DNA from: a virus
Lineage: Duplodnaviria > Caudoviricetes
Strand: one strand, 5' to 3'
Length of the DNA stretch: 59,931 nt
Virus record (IMG/VR): IMGVR_UViG_3300036832_000301
Span: 1-59,931 of that record
The notes under the pieces: model-generated
Told to the model about the DNA's origin: nothing
What the model saw: only the letters and a program-made list of their open reading frames with translations
The model's database searches: none
Made by a program: the position numbers and the translations under genes
In this document: positions 17,584 through 29,122 of the stretch, one piece after another
How positions within the stretch are numbered: the stretch's first letter is position 1
How the letters are laid out: every line of letters begins with the position of its first letter

Positions 17584-20528
17584 CGGCGGCGGTCGGCTTC
17601 ATCGCGCTTGCCATCGTCGCCGCGCCGGTCGCCGGGGCATTGCTGGCGGGCGCGAGTCTGGGGACGGCGGCGATAGTCGGCGCGGGTGCGATCACCGGCT
17701 TCGGCGCGACGTTGGTCGGCGGGGCCGGGATCGCGGCGGCAATTTCAGCATGGGGGACCATCGCCGTTGGCGCGTCCATTGCCCTGTCGCCCTCGGCCAA
17801 GAAGGTCGGCCAGGGCGCAGCCGGGACGCAGGTCAATTTCCAGGCCGATCCAAATTCGGGCATCCCGTTCTCGCTCGGGCGCACCGGCACGGCGGGCAAG
17901 ATCATCCACGCCAACACGACCGGCCAAGCCGACAAGAACAGCCACCTTTATTATCTGATCGCGCTCTCTGGCGGGGTGATCTCTGGCGTCGAAAGCTTGT
18001 CCTGCAGCGGGCAGCTTTGCACGATGGACGGCGACGGCAACGCCAGCGGCGGCAACATCACCGGACCGTCCCCTTATGGCGGGGCGATGGACATCCGCTG
18101 GACCTACGGCTTCAAGCCCGAGCCCGCCTATATGCAGCCGCCGGGCTTCGATCCGGCGCTCGCGCCCGAGTGGACATCCGATCACCTGACCTCGGGCGTG
18201 GCCTGCGCGTGGTGGTCGCTGATCTATTCGTCGAGCGCCTTCCCGTCAGGCATCCCGTCGCCGATGTTCGTGGTGCGCGGCCCGCCGGTTTACGACCCGC
18301 GCCAGGACAGCACGGTCGGCGGCGGCTCGGGTCCGCAGCGGTGGGACGACGAGTCGACGTGGTCCTATGCCGGGTATGACAACCCGTTCCTGCAAGGGCT
18401 GACCTACTGCATCGGTCGGCGCGACAACGGCAAGCTCACCTTCGGGATCGGCGCACCGATCCAGGCGCTCGATCTCGAAGCCTTCGCCGAAGGTGCCGGG
18501 GTTTGCGAAAGCAACGCCTGGACGGTCGGCGGCGAGGTGCTGTCGACCGATACGAAGTGGGATGCGCTGGCCTCGATCCTGCAAGCGGGCGGCGGCGAAC
18601 CGATCCGGCTCGGCGGGATGATCTCTTGCGTCGTGCGCACCCCGCGCGTGGTGGTCGCCAGCCTGACCGGCCAGGACATCGTCGGCGACGCGGCGATCAC
18701 CGGCAGCAAGGGCCGCAAGGATCGCTTCAATCAGATCATCCCCAGCTATCGCAGCGAGGCGAACGGCTGGCAGATGGTGCCCGGCGGCGCGGTGACAGTC
18801 GACGAGTACGTCACGGCGGACGGCGAACTGCGCAGCAAGGGCGGCAGCTATGCGCTGGTGCAGGACGCCAAGCAGGCCGCCCAGCTTGCGGCGTATGACA
18901 TCGTCGACGCGCGTGAATTCGAGCCGGTGACCCTGCCGGTCGGCCCCAGGTTCGGCGCGCTGGTGCCTGGGGATGTGATCTCGATCACCGAACCTGAATT
19001 CGGCATGAGCGGCCAGGAGCTCATGATCGAGACCCGGCAGATCGACCCGACGACCGGGATGGTTACGCTCACCTGTCGATCCGAGACGCCGTCGAAACAC
19101 GCCTACGCGCTCGGGCAGACGCCGAACCCGCCGCCGATCCCCGGCTTGCAGCCGGTCGACCCGACCAAGGTGTTCGATCCGGACGCAGGCTCATGGACCG
19201 CCTGGGGCGGCATTCTCTCGGGCAGCGACGGGAGCCAAATCCCGGCCATCGTGGTCACCGGCCACGTCAACGATCCGAACGTCTCGAATGTGCTGGTCGA
19301 CATCCGGCTTGAGCTCGACGCCACGCCGACCTTCGGCGACTGGATGACCACCACGGCCCCGGCGAACGCCACGCGGATCGAGATCAGGGCGGTGATCCCC
19401 GGCGCGACCTACAACGTGCGGGTCCGCTACAAGACGGTGCGGCAAGTCGAGGGGATCACCGGGCTCGATCTCGGGCTGGTGACGGTGGGGACGCTGATCT
19501 CAGGCGGCGTCACCACCATCGGCGGGCAGACCCCCGAGGAACTGGTTCAGCAGCTTAACGACACCACCGCGCTCGGGCAGCAGACGTCGGATCAGGCGAA
19601 CCAGACCGCGCAAGACCTGCTGCCGGTGTCGGACAGCGCCAACTATTCGAAGACCCGGATCGACCTGATCGGCTCGCTCCTGCCGAACGGCTCGACGTTC
19701 CAGATGTCCGACACGACGTTGTTCGCCGACGCGTCGACGACCTGGGGCACCTACCGGACCAGCCTGCAAAGCCATGTCGACAACAACACCTCGGCGATCA
19801 CCACCGAGCAGACGGCGCGGGTCAACGGCGACCAAGCCAACGCGACGTCGATCACCAACCTGTCGACAACCGTCAACGGCAACACCGCCTCGATTACAAC
19901 CCTGCAAACATCGGTGAACGGGCTCAACGCGCAGTACGTGCTTTCGGTGAACGCGGGCGGTCAGGTCGCCGGAATGAAGCTGGCGGCGGGCGGCTCTGGC
20001 GGATCGAGCATGGCGTTTATCGCCAGTCAAATCGGGTTCTCGGACGGCACCTCGAATGTGTTCCCGCTGGCGGTGGTCGGCGGCAAGGTGATCGCCACCA
20101 ACTTCCAGGCCGACGACATCAAAGCCAACACGATCACCGCGAACATGATCATCGGCGGGGCGGTGACGGCGACTGGGATTACCAGCGCAGGGGCGCAATC
20201 CAATCCGGTCGGGTCGGAAGTCACCGACATGACGTTCAATTACAACAGCTATGGCGGCGACCACCTGTTCGACATCTACGGCGAGCTCGGCACGTCGACG
20301 AGCTCCGCAGCCGGGACGGTTTTCACCCTCTATTGCGACGGCGGGGCGATCACCTCGGGGGCTGTCTATTGCCCTCCCAACTGGGGCGCGAACGGCGTCA
20401 GCTTCCCATTCGCCCACCGGCCCGGCGCGGGCGGGCACTCCTATCGGCTCGCCCATACCGGCACCACCGGCAGCGGCCCATCGCAGGTCAACCGCACGAC
20501 CGTCGTGCTGACCGAGCTCAAGAAATAA
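17571..20528 (+). CDS. Tail tip / central fibre protein (gpJ-like)
   Basis: GTG start at 17571; VYDPRQDST, Fn3-like PGATYNVRVRY, EQTARVNGD coiled region. Confidence 0.8.
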   Translation: MAKVAAAVGFIALAIVAAPVAGALLAGASLGTAAIVGAGAITGFGATLVGGAGIAAAISAWGTIAVGASIALSPSAKKVGQGAAGTQVNFQADPNSGIPFSLGRTGTAGKIIHANTTGQADKNSHLYYLIALSGGVISGVESLSCSGQLCTMDGDGNASGGNITGPSPYGGAMDIRWTYGFKPEPAYMQPPGFDPALAPEWTSDHLTSGVACAWWSLIYSSSAFPSGIPSPMFVVRGPPVYDPRQDSTVGGGSGPQRWDDESTWSYAGYDNPFLQGLTYCIGRRDNGKLTFGIGAPIQALDLEAFAEGAGVCESNAWTVGGEVLSTDTKWDALASILQAGGGEPIRLGGMISCVVRTPRVVVASLTGQDIVGDAAITGSKGRKDRFNQIIPSYRSEANGWQMVPGGAVTVDEYVTADGELRSKGGSYALVQDAKQAAQLAAYDIVDAREFEPVTLPVGPRFGALVPGDVISITEPEFGMSGQELMIETRQIDPTTGMVTLTCRSETPSKHAYALGQTPNPPPIPGLQPVDPTKVFDPDAGSWTAWGGILSGSDGSQIPAIVVTGHVNDPNVSNVLVDIRLELDATPTFGDWMTTTAPANATRIEIRAVIPGATYNVRVRYKTVRQVEGITGLDLGLVTVGTLISGGVTTIGGQTPEELVQQLNDTTALGQQTSDQANQTAQDLLPVSDSANYSKTRIDLIGSLLPNGSTFQMSDTTLFADASTTWGTYRTSLQSHVDNNTSAITTEQTARVNGDQANATSITNLSTTVNGNTASITTLQTSVNGLNAQYVLSVNAGGQVAGMKLAAGGSGGSSMAFIASQIGFSDGTSNVFPLAVVGGKVIATNFQADDIKANTITANMIIGGAVTATGITSAGAQSNPVGSEVTDMTFNYNSYGGDHLFDIYGELGTSTSSAAGTVFTLYCDGGAITSGAVYCPPNWGANGVSFPFAHRPGAGGHSYRLAHTGTTGSGPSQVNRTTVVLTELKK

Positions 20529-20568
20529 GCCGAGCGCTTCAACCCGTTTAAACATCCGGAGGCCGCGC

Positions 20569-20973
20569 ATGATGCCCGGCACGTTCCCCCTCGCGATCTA
20601 TCGCGGGGACACTTCCGCATGGACGTTCGTCCTGTGGGGCGACGAGGCGAAAACCGAGCCGGTCGACCTGTCGCTCTATGCAGTGAAGGCCGAGATACGC
20701 GACCGGCCCGGCGGCTCGACCGTCGTCCCGCTCGCGCTCATCGTCACCCTGCCGAACGAGATCGACGCGAGCCTGTCGCCCGCTGCGTCTCGCGTGCTTC
20801 CGGCCAGCGGTCGGTGGGACCTGCAACTCACCGACCAGACCGGCCGGATCATGACCATTCTCGCCGGTCCCGTGAAGGTGACTGGCGACATCACCGACAG
20901 CACCGGAAGCCCGCTGGCGTCGAGCACCAGCCGCGATCAGCCGGTCGGCTTTGAGCGTGGGGTCCAGCCATGA
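20569..20973 (+). CDS. Tail-fibre attachment/baseplate-like protein
   Basis: IYRGDT..W, PVDLS, WDLQLT; precedes collagen fibre. Confidence 0.55.
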   Translation: MMPGTFPLAIYRGDTSAWTFVLWGDEAKTEPVDLSLYAVKAEIRDRPGGSTVVPLALIVTLPNEIDASLSPAASRVLPASGRWDLQLTDQTGRIMTILAGPVKVTGDITDSTGSPLASSTSRDQPVGFERGVQP

Positions 20974-22406
20974 GCGACACCGAAGTCCTCGACATCACCG
21001 TCGCGCCTGTCGTGCTGGTCGATGTCTTCGCCACGACTGGCTTGCCCGGCCCCGCTGGGGCCACCGGGACCGCCGGAATGCAAGGCCCGCAGGGTGTGCA
21101 GGGTCTTCAGGGCGTCCCCGGCCCTCAGGGCGATCCTGGGGTCGATGGTGCGCCCGGCGGTCCGCCCGGCCCTCAGGGCGATCCCGGCCCGGTGGGGCCT
21201 GCTGGCGCGGACGGCTCAGACGGCGCGACAGGTCCGCAGGGACCACAAGGCGCGCAGGGTCCGCAGGGACCGCAAGGCGCTCCCGGCGTGGATGGAACCC
21301 CAGGCGGTCCGCCCGGCCCGACTGGCGCAACAGGTCCGCAGGGTCCAGCCGGTCCCGCCGGTCCGAATGGCGCTCAGGGTGTGCAAGGCATCCAAGGGCC
21401 GAAGGGCGATCCTGGCGCGGATGGCGCGCAGGGTCCGCAGGGTCCGCAGGGCATCCAAGGCCCGGCAGGCGTGCCGGGATCGGGGACCGGCGACATGCTC
21501 GCCGCGAACAACCTTTCGGAGCTCACCAACAAGACGACGGCGCGGGCCAACCTCGTGCTCGGCAACGTCGACAACACCAGCGACGTGAACAAGCCGGTGA
21601 GCACGGCGCAGCAGAGCGCGCTCGATGCAAAGCTCGCGAAGGTCGCGGCGGACCTGACCGGCTGGTGGGCGATTTCGAGCGTCCTCACACCGGCAGCCAT
21701 CGCCGCGAACATGAACGACTACGCGCCCGCCGGTATCCAGACCTGCAACGTCTTGCGGATCAATTCCTCTGTGGCGGTCACTGTCACCGGCCTGATCGCG
21801 CCAAGCCCGTCGAATGGCCGGGTGCTGGTGATCCAGAACGCTCAACAATATCCAATCACGCTGACGCACAACGACGCAGCCTCGGCGGCGGCGAACCGCT
21901 TCTATTTCCCAGACTTACAGCCGCACACGCTCCTGCCTGCCGACAACGCACTGTTTTTCTACGACATCGGAAGCGGCGGCTTTTGGCGGCCCCTGGTGCA
22001 GTTCCCAAGCCGCGCAGCGAGCGCCGCGACGATCATGCTTGCGACCGACGCTCAGCAACATGTCACCCCGCAAGGGCTCTGGGCGATCTCGGCGGTGGTG
22101 GCGGTGGCGTTCGCCGCGAACCAAGTGCTCGACTTCAACGCCGGGCTGAATTTCGACATCGCAGCGGCGACCGCCAACTTCACCCTGGCGATCCCGAACA
22201 ACGTCAAGGTCGGCCAGTCGGGACGCATCCGCATCCCGCAGGACGCGACCGGCGGGCGGATCATCACCTATGCGGCGGGCTGGAAAGGTCCCGGCGGCGC
22301 AGCGGCGAACGCGCTCAGCACCGCCGCGAACGCGGTCGATATCCTCTACTACTACGTGCGCGGCCTGACCGAGGTTGAATACTCGCTCGCCAAGGCGTTC
22401 GCATGA
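20970..22406 (+). CDS. Collagen-like tail fibre protein
   Basis: Long GPQGPQG tract; [18 protein letters not shown] repeat; QDATGGR..T C-terminal domain. Confidence 0.8.
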   Translation: MSDTEVLDITVAPVVLVDVFATTGLPGPAGATGTAGMQGPQGVQGLQGVPGPQGDPGVDGAPGGPPGPQGDPGPVGPAGADGSDGATGPQGPQGAQGPQGPQGAPGVDGTPGGPPGPTGATGPQGPAGPAGPNGAQGVQGIQGPKGDPGADGAQGPQGPQGIQGPAGVPGSGTGDMLAANNLSELTNKTTARANLVLGNVDNTSDVNKPVSTAQQSALDAKLAKVAADLTGWWAISSVLTPAAIAANMNDYAPAGIQTCNVLRINSSVAVTVTGLIAPSPSNGRVLVIQNAQQYPITLTHNDAASAAANRFYFPDLQPHTLLPADNALFFYDIGSGGFWRPLVQFPSRAASAATIMLATDAQQHVTPQGLWAISAVVAVAFAANQVLDFNAGLNFDIAAATANFTLAIPNNVKVGQSGRIRIPQDATGGRIITYAAGWKGPGGAAANALSTAANAVDILYYYVRGLTEVEYSLAKAFA

Positions 22407-25400
22407 CATTCCCCTTCGTCATGCCGCCGATGGGGCGGGGCGGCGGGCCGCTGCCGGTGGCGTTTCAATATCTAGTTGTCGCTGCTGGCGGCAACGGCGG
22501 CGGCGCTGAAGGCGGCGGCGGTGGTGGCGGCGGCGTGCTCACCGGCGTTGATCCTTTCGCCGGTGGATCGTGGCCGGTCGTTGTCGGAGCCGCGCCTGCT
22601 GCGCCAGGAACCGACTTCGGGGCAAGCGGCGGCAATAGCTCCTTCAATGGTCACGTCGCCATCGGTGGCGGGGGCGGTGGCGCAAGCACCGGAATGACCC
22701 AAGCCACCGGCAATAACGGCGGCTCGGGCGGTGGGGCGGGGTATCAAACCAACAACACCAGGGCTGGCGGTTCCGGTGTCGCAGGACAAGGCTTTGGCGG
22801 CGGCGGCACAGCATCAAGTCCCTCCGCACCCGTTGGTGGTGGTGGCGGCGGCGGCGCGACCGCCGTGGGCGCGGGCGGTATTATTGGCGCGGCGGGTGCT
22901 GGCGGCGCAGGGCTCACAAGCTCGATCAGCGGCGCAGCGCTTGTCTATGGTTCTGGCGGCGGCGGCGGCGGTGCCAGTGGAAGTAGCTCCGCGACAGCCG
23001 CATCAGGCGGGCCAGGGGCCGGTGCCGGGAGCGCGACCGCAGGCGGTGGTGCCGCTGTAGCTAATCGTGGCGGCGGTGGCGGCGGCGGCGCGCTCACAAG
23101 CGGCGGCGGAAGCCAACTCGGGGGCCAGGGCGCTGGCGGCGTCGTGGTCATCAGCTACCCAGGACCAGCCATCGCCACGGGCGGCACGATCACTTCGGCT
23201 GGCGGAAACACGATCCACACCTTCACGGCCAACGGGACGTTCACCACGTCTGGCGTCAATTGGCTGATCGTCGGCGGCGGCGCGGGCGGTGGCTCATCCG
23301 GCGGGGCGGCCTGTTCTGGCGGCGGCGGCGGCGGCGGCGGTGTTATCCAAGGCAACAGCGCGACCGCTCTGCCAGATGGAAACTACCCCATAACAATAGG
23401 CGCAGGCGGGCCGGTCCCGGCTGACTTCGCGTCCGGAACACAGGGCGGCGATACGACATTCGGCAGCCTCGGCACCGCGAAGGGCGGCGGCTCGGGCGGC
23501 AGCGGCAGCGGTGGGCTTCCGGTTGCAGCAGGAGTGGGCGGCTCTGGCGGCGGCGGTTGGAGCGGCGGCAGCGCCTTTCCTCCCGCTGGCGGCGGCGGTG
23601 CTGCGACATCGGGCCAAGGCAATCCAGGCGGTGCCGGGTCGGCGGCGTCGGCGGCGGTCGCAGGCGGCGGCGGCGGTCAGGCATCTGCGGGTGTCGCTGC
23701 GGCAGGTTCGGCGGCGGGTGCTGGCGGCGCTGGGCTGGACAGCAGCATCAGCGGTGCGACCGTCAACTATGCAGCGGGCGGCGGTGGTTCGGCGCAGAGC
23801 GGCTCTACGGCTGGTGCGGCGGGTGGGGCAAGCGCCGGGGCCGGTGGAGGTAACGCGGCGGGTGCGAACGCTCCCGTCAACCAAGGTGGGGGCGGCGGGG
23901 GCGGTAGCGGCAACGGCTCAAGCACAAACCGCAAGGGCGGCTCGGGCGGATCAGGTGTCGTGGTCATCAGCTATCCGACCGGCTTTATGGTGGCGACCGG
24001 CGGAACGATCACCACCTCCGGTGGGAACACGATCCACACTTTCACGGCCAACGGGACGTTCGCGGTCGGGGTGAGTTACCTGATCGTCGCGGGTGGCGGC
24101 GGCGGCGGCAGCACGTCAGCCGCCGGTGGCGGTGGTGGTGGTGGTGTGCTCACCGGCGCGTCGCTCGCGCCAGGAACCTATCCAGTCGTCGTGGGTGCTG
24201 GCGGCAACGCGTCGGTAAACAATCCAGGGGGCAACGGCGGCAACAGCACTTTCAACAACCTCACCGCCATCGGCGGCGGGGGTGGCGATGGCAGTCCATC
24301 CACCCCAACCACCCCAGGCAAAAACGGCGGCTCGGGCGGCGGTGGCGGCGCATCCGGTACGGTTACAAGTGCGGGCGGACACGGCACATCTGGTCAGGGC
24401 TATGACGGCGCAGCGGGCACGCCTAGCGCGGCGGGTGGCGGCGGTGGTGGCGCTGGTAGCGCGGGCGCTTCGTCTAACGGCGGCGCAGGGCTCACAAGCT
24501 CGATCAGCGGCGCAGCGCTTGTCTATGGCGCTGGTGGCGCTGGTGGTGTCATCGCCGGAAATGCTCAGACTGGTGTTCGTGGCGGCGGCGGCTCTGGCGG
24601 CTATGGAGATGGCGGCGGCTCGGGCGGCGGTGGTGTCGTCATCATCGCCTACAAGACCGGCTCGATAGTCGCCTCTGGCGGGACCGTCACCACCAGCGGC
24701 GGGAGCACGATCCACACCTTCACGGCGAACGGCGTCTTCACGATCAACCCGAATATTCTGGTTGTCGGTGGCGGCGGCGCTGGCGGGTCGATGAAGTACG
24801 GCGCGAGCGGCGGCGGTGGCGCTGGTGGCGTCATAACCGGCGCGACCCCGATCCCCATCGGCAGTTACGCGGTCACGATTGGCGCGGGCGGTGTGGGTGT
24901 GAACAGCGCCACAGGCCCGAACGGCGGCGACACGTCGCTCGGCAGCCTTGCGGTCGCCAAGGGTGGTGCCGGGTCGATAGGCTCAGCATCCACCAGTTTC
25001 TCTGGTAGCGACGGCGGCGCTGCCGCTCAGGGGACCTCAGGCCAGGGGTTCGCTGGCGGGACAGGGTTCTCGACGGGCTACTGCGGCGGCGGCGGGGGTG
25101 GTGGCGCGGGCGCAGCCGGGCAAAACGCCGTCAGCCCGGCGGGCGGCGCTGGCGGTCTCGGGCTCGACAGCGCGATCAGCGGTGCGTCTGTCAACTACGC
25201 GGCTGGCGGCGGCGGCGCTGTCGGAAATACCGGGACAGTCGGGGCGGCTGGTGGATCGAGCGCGACGGCTGGGGGTAACGGGCCAGGAGCCCCGGCTGCA
25301 AACGCACCAGCCAACCGAGGCGGCGGTGGTGGCGGCTCCGGTAGTAACGGAGGAACCGACCAGAAGGGCGGCAACGGCGGCTCGGGGGTGGTGATCATCA

Positions 25401-25507
25401 CCTATGCGGCGGGCTCGATGACCTGCACCGGCGGCACGATCACCACGGTCAACGGCCAGACGATCCACACCTTCACCGCCAACGGCACATTCCAGCGAAC
25501 CGCGTAG
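22403..25507 (+). CDS. Glycine-rich fibre/receptor-binding protein with four tandem Gly-rich domains
   Basis: Four copies of YL(I/V)V.GGG...GGSGVV(I/V)I.Y...GGTITT...[10 protein letters not shown]. Confidence 0.75.
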   Translation: MTFPFVMPPMGRGGGPLPVAFQYLVVAAGGNGGGAEGGGGGGGGVLTGVDPFAGGSWPVVVGAAPAAPGTDFGASGGNSSFNGHVAIGGGGGGASTGMTQATGNNGGSGGGAGYQTNNTRAGGSGVAGQGFGGGGTASSPSAPVGGGGGGGATAVGAGGIIGAAGAGGAGLTSSISGAALVYGSGGGGGGASGSSSATAASGGPGAGAGSATAGGGAAVANRGGGGGGGALTSGGGSQLGGQGAGGVVVISYPGPAIATGGTITSAGGNTIHTFTANGTFTTSGVNWLIVGGGAGGGSSGGAACSGGGGGGGGVIQGNSATALPDGNYPITIGAGGPVPADFASGTQGGDTTFGSLGTAKGGGSGGSGSGGLPVAAGVGGSGGGGWSGGSAFPPAGGGGAATSGQGNPGGAGSAASAAVAGGGGGQASAGVAAAGSAAGAGGAGLDSSISGATVNYAAGGGGSAQSGSTAGAAGGASAGAGGGNAAGANAPVNQGGGGGGGSGNGSSTNRKGGSGGSGVVVISYPTGFMVATGGTITTSGGNTIHTFTANGTFAVGVSYLIVAGGGGGGSTSAAGGGGGGGVLTGASLAPGTYPVVVGAGGNASVNNPGGNGGNSTFNNLTAIGGGGGDGSPSTPTTPGKNGGSGGGGGASGTVTSAGGHGTSGQGYDGAAGTPSAAGGGGGGAGSAGASSNGGAGLTSSISGAALVYGAGGAGGVIAGNAQTGVRGGGGSGGYGDGGGSGGGGVVIIAYKTGSIVASGGTVTTSGGSTIHTFTANGVFTINPNILVVGGGGAGGSMKYGASGGGGAGGVITGATPIPIGSYAVTIGAGGVGVNSATGPNGGDTSLGSLAVAKGGAGSIGSASTSFSGSDGGAAAQGTSGQGFAGGTGFSTGYCGGGGGGGAGAAGQNAVSPAGGAGGLGLDSAISGASVNYAAGGGGAVGNTGTVGAAGGSSATAGGNGPGAPAANAPANRGGGGGGSGSNGGTDQKGGNGGSGVVIITYAAGSMTCTGGTITTVNGQTIHTFTANGTFQRTA

Positions 25508-25547
25508 GAGCCCCGCTCGCGGCCCTCACGGCGTCTCGGCTATCACC

Positions 25548-26027
25548 CTAGCTGGGCACTGGCCCAAGGGGCGTGGGCGGGCACGCCTGCGCCTCGTTTT
25601 CGCGCGCCCGTCGCTCTTGCACCTTGCGGCCCTGATCGACGACGTCCTGCGAGATCAAACCCTCGCGCAGCATCCGCTTTCGATCTCGGCGGGGCATCGA
25701 CGCGTAGGACAGCCCGCAATCGAACCGGCGGCAGATCGCCGGTCGGTGGCTGTAGATGGTGCAGCGCCCGACGCCGTCGACCTCGCCGAGATAGATGCAA
25801 TCGCCGTTCGGTTTGTGCGCCAGCATGTAGCCGGGCGCTCCGGTGATCGGGTGCTCGACTGCGACGACCTGATAGGCGAATGGCGGATCGCCCATTTCAG
25901 GGTGCAGCATGATCGTGTCGCCCTTGCAGCAATGCGCGGGGCAGGACGCGCACTCCGGAAGCGTCGCGGCGGCGTGGCTCGGGTGCGCCAGGGCCGCGCT
26001 CGCGGTCCGGTCGATGATGGTTGTCAT
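25548..26027 (-). CDS. YkgJ-family CxxCxxCC putative Fe-S/Zn protein
   Basis: CASCPAHCC...CIYL...CTIYSHRPAICRRFDC. Confidence 0.8.
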   Translation of the reverse strand: MTTIIDRTASAALAHPSHAAATLPECASCPAHCCKGDTIMLHPEMGDPPFAYQVVAVEHPITGAPGYMLAHKPNGDCIYLGEVDGVGRCTIYSHRPAICRRFDCGLSYASMPRRDRKRMLREGLISQDVVDQGRKVQERRARENEAQACPPTPLGPVPS

Positions 26028-26036
26028 GCGATCACC

Positions 26037-26654
26037 CTACGGCGGCGCGATCCCCCAGGAAAATACCGTCTCGCGCATCTGTTCGGCGAGCGGTCGCCGG
26101 TCGGGTCCGAACGTGAAGTCGGGTGCGCCGATGGTTCCGTCGTCGCCCATCAGCTTCGGGTTCTCGGCGATAGAGAAGCGCGCCCCGTTCGGCGTGAAGA
26201 CATGCGTGGTGATCGGGTTCTGGCCGATGGCGACAAGGCAATTCCAGCGCTCGGCGAGCGTCGTGAACACCGTCTGAGCCCACGGGTTGAGCCACGCCTG
26301 CGGGCGAGCCGGATCGACATGGACGGTGATCACGCCGGGCCACGCCTTCATGTTGTTCGTGGCGAGCATGAACCCGCAGTCGGCAGGGCGCAGCCAGTCG
26401 GGCAGGATCGCATCGGACATCCGCCACAGACACCAAAATTCCCGGCAGTCGCGCGGGCGGTCCGGATAGATCGAGCACGACCGGCCCGGCTCTCCGCACA
26501 GGTTGGCGCAGGGCACACCGGGTGGCTTGTCGAGCGCCTTGATCCCCGGCGCGGTGCAGCAGAGATCGCAGCCGTCGCAGCTTCGGGTGGTCGGCAACCG
26601 GCCTTCGAGCCGCGCCGCGCGCTTGGCTTTCATGCGGGCGAGCGGATCAGCCAC
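26037..26654 (-). CDS. YkgJ-like Cys-rich protein
   Basis: CDGCDLCC...CSIYPDRPRDCREFWCLW. Confidence 0.75.
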   Translation of the reverse strand: MADPLARMKAKRAARLEGRLPTTRSCDGCDLCCTAPGIKALDKPPGVPCANLCGEPGRSCSIYPDRPRDCREFWCLWRMSDAILPDWLRPADCGFMLATNNMKAWPGVITVHVDPARPQAWLNPWAQTVFTTLAERWNCLVAIGQNPITTHVFTPNGARFSIAENPKLMGDDGTIGAPDFTFGPDRRPLAEQMRETVFSWGIAPP

Positions 26655-26871
26655 CCGTCGCGACCGTCTTGATGGCGACTTGCGAAACCTGCGCGTTGAG
26701 CGCCGCCGAGCGCTCAGCCCACGCCTCCTCGATCTCGGCGTCAAACCAATAGTCGGCCACGCGCACGCCGCCGACTGTCCAAAGCCAGTTGACCAGCGCA
26801 CCGCGACGCGTCTCGGAGACCGTGTTCGGCAACGGTTCGCCGTCCTGCACGACGGCCCAAGCGCGCGCCAT
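26647..26871 (-). CDS. Hypothetical protein
   Basis: ORF coupled to both neighbours. Confidence 0.55.
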   Translation of the reverse strand: MARAWAVVQDGEPLPNTVSETRRGALVNWLWTVGGVRVADYWFDAEIEEAWAERSAALNAQVSQVAIKTVATGG

Positions 26872-27224
26872 CAGTTGATCGTCCGCTCAGGTGGCGCGTC
26901 GACAGAGCCGACGCCGTAGGTCTCGGCGAGCTCCTCGGTCACGGCGCGGAAGGCGGCAATCGCGGCGGTGAGCTCGGCGGCATATGCCTGTGTCAGCTTG
27001 GCGTCCTGGCGGATCGACCACGAGACCAGTTGCAGGTTCGCGACGCTGAGCGGCATCCACGCCACCGACAGGAACAGCGCGCCGCCCAGGCTCAGGTGAT
27101 GATTGGCCCAGACGTGCAGGCTGGTGAGCCACCACGCCGCGAGCCAGATGATCGTCGCGGTGACGTTGAAAGCGGCGAACCCTTTGACGATCCGCAGCCG
27201 CGTCTCGGGCGACAGCTTGCTCAA
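26871..27224 (-). CDS. Hypothetical membrane protein
   Basis: Two hydrophobic segments; coupled to neighbours. Confidence 0.55.
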   Translation of the reverse strand: MSKLSPETRLRIVKGFAAFNVTATIIWLAAWWLTSLHVWANHHLSLGGALFLSVAWMPLSVANLQLVSWSIRQDAKLTQAYAAELTAAIAAFRAVTEELAETYGVGSVDAPPERTIN

Positions 27225-27742
27225 TTGATCGTCCGCTCAGGCATAAGATCAGCGAGCGCGCCGCCCATGGTGGTGATGTCGTCGCCGCCGGTGATGAGCT
27301 CAAGTTTACGCACGCCGCCATTGCGGCCACGGATGATGCGTTGCAGGCGCGTGATCATCCGACCCTTTCCCTCAACGACCAGGGTGAATACCGCCTCGAC
27401 CCGGTTCGGGTCGGCGGTGATGTCGCCGTGGACATAGGCGTCGACATGCTCTGCTGCGGCTTGCTCCACTGTCATACCCTCTGGGACCGGCTTGTTGGCC
27501 GTCCACACTTCGCTCCAGATTGCGTAACGCACGGCCTTGTGGCGGATCATCGCCAAGCGCAGCGCTCCGAGTGTGAATTCGCGCTCGGTGCTCGATCCCC
27601 AGCCGCATTCAATGGCGACGGCCTCGCCGGTCTCACATTCGATCAGGCAGGTCTGTTCGACCTGACCTTTCGGGTGCCGCCGGAAGTAGGCGACATGCGT
27701 CTCGGTGATCGCGTCGGCAAGCTCGTCGGATGTTTGGCTCAT
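27221..27742 (-). CDS. Hypothetical protein
   Basis: ATG at 27742 overlapping the upstream stop. Confidence 0.6.
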   Translation of the reverse strand: MSQTSDELADAITETHVAYFRRHPKGQVEQTCLIECETGEAVAIECGWGSSTEREFTLGALRLAMIRHKAVRYAIWSEVWTANKPVPEGMTVEQAAAEHVDAYVHGDITADPNRVEAVFTLVVEGKGRMITRLQRIIRGRNGGVRKLELITGGDDITTMGGALADLMPERTIN

Positions 27743-27963
27743 CCGGCATCCGGCAGGGGTTGCTCGCCGTACTCTTGCAGCGCGAGGCTCCAAGCGAAGA
27801 CGCCGAGTTGCTGGATCGTCAGGCCCTCGCGCTCGGCCAGCGCCTTGACCCGCTCGCGGTTGGCGTCGGTGACGCGGGTGACAATCTGCACCCCGAGCGA
27901 CGTGGGTTTAGCGGCTGGCGTCGGCCTCTTGACGGTCTTCGCGGCGGTAGCGGCAGCACTCAT
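27739..27963 (-). CDS. Ribbon-helix-helix DNA-binding protein
   Basis: VQIVTRV...RERVKALAEREGLTIQQL. Confidence 0.6.
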   Translation of the reverse strand: MSAAATAAKTVKRPTPAAKPTSLGVQIVTRVTDANRERVKALAEREGLTIQQLGVFAWSLALQEYGEQPLPDAG

Positions 27964-28333
27964 ATCTCTGTGTTCCTATGGCTGTTGACAAGCGTGTAAC
28001 TAAGGCCGCAAGCGTCCTTTTGCAAGGGCTCGTTGCGTGGCGTTAAAGCACGGGCGACTCGCCCATATGTGCGCGCCTCCCGTACAAGGCTGGCGAGCCG
28101 CTGCGGCTCCCAGGCGAAAGCCTGACCGGCTTCGATCCGGTCGTGCAGCGCGCGGGCTTCGTCGAGCCTGCGCCACATGATCCGCCGGGCGTGCTCGGCG
28201 CGGTTCTCATCAGCGGTCAGCGACCGTGGTTCGGGCTTCGCCGCATAGGGCTCGATCAAACCCTTGAGCCGGGCGGTCGCCCTGCGCTCACGAGCTTCCC
28301 AAGCGTCGGCGGCTCTGGCCCGACCGGCTGGCA

Positions 28334-28540
28334 TCAGGCGTGCTCGTCCTGATAGGCGGCGACCAGCGTGACGTTCGCTGTGGATGACCACATCAGCGCC
28401 GCGACCCAGCCGACGAAGGTCCAGCCGAGTAGCGCGTTGAGCAGGAAAATCAGGGACGTCTGGCGATGGCCGGTGGCGATGGCGAAGATGGCGGGCGTCA
28501 TATAGATGACGGCGGCGAGGATGATCAGGGCGGTGGTCAT
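28334..28540 (-). CDS. Superinfection immunity protein (T4 Imm-like)
   Basis: Y..PAI.A...H...IFLLNALLGWTFVGWVAALMWS. Confidence 0.85.
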   Translation of the reverse strand: MTTALIILAAVIYMTPAIFAIATGHRQTSLIFLLNALLGWTFVGWVAALMWSSTANVTLVAAYQDEHA

Positions 28541-28561
28541 GATGGTCTTTCCTTTGGTGGG

Positions 28562-28798
28562 TTAGCTGTTCGGGGTTGGCGCGACCGGCGCGGCGTTGCT
28601 GTTGGTGATGATCACTTGCTGCGGCGTGGCCGGGTTGGTCGCCGACCAGACCAGCGCGACGACCCAGCCGACCAGCGTCCAGCCGAGAAGTAGGTTGAGC
28701 AGCAGGATCGCGGCGGTCTGGTTGTGGCTGCGACACGCCGCGATGATGAACGGCAGCATATAGAAGGCGACGGCGAGCAGGACGAAGATGGCGGTCAT
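28562..28798 (-). CDS. Superinfection immunity protein (T4 Imm-like)
   Basis: YMLPFIIA...H...ILLLNLLLGWTLVGWVVALVWS. Confidence 0.88.
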   Translation of the reverse strand: MTAIFVLLAVAFYMLPFIIAACRSHNQTAAILLLNLLLGWTLVGWVVALVWSATNPATPQQVIITNSNAAPVAPTPNS

Positions 28799-29122
28799 TT
28801 GGGTCTTTCGGTTTCAGGGGTTGCGGTTGGTGTGTGGCGTCAGATCGCCTGGGTCACTTCGATGACCGTCGACCAGGGGTCGCCGTCCGCGTCGACGCCG
28901 TGGAATTCCAGGCGCTCGTCCTCGCGGTGACCGAAGTCGTCGGTGTAAGCGGTGGCGTGCAGCACCAGAATGTCGGCGTGGTTGTCGGCGATCAAGGTGC
29001 CGTCAGGGGCACCCGCGAAGGCGAAGTAATCTTCCCGCTTCATCGGGCGGAAGGCGGCCGATCCGGCGACCTTGATTAGGTCGAGCGTCGAGGGGCGCAG
29101 GGGGGTGACGTGGGCCGACATC

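Noticed and set aside
22403-25507. Diversity-generating retroelement suggested by internal repeats
   Set aside because: No reverse transcriptase in the window and no adenine-specific mismatch pattern seen.
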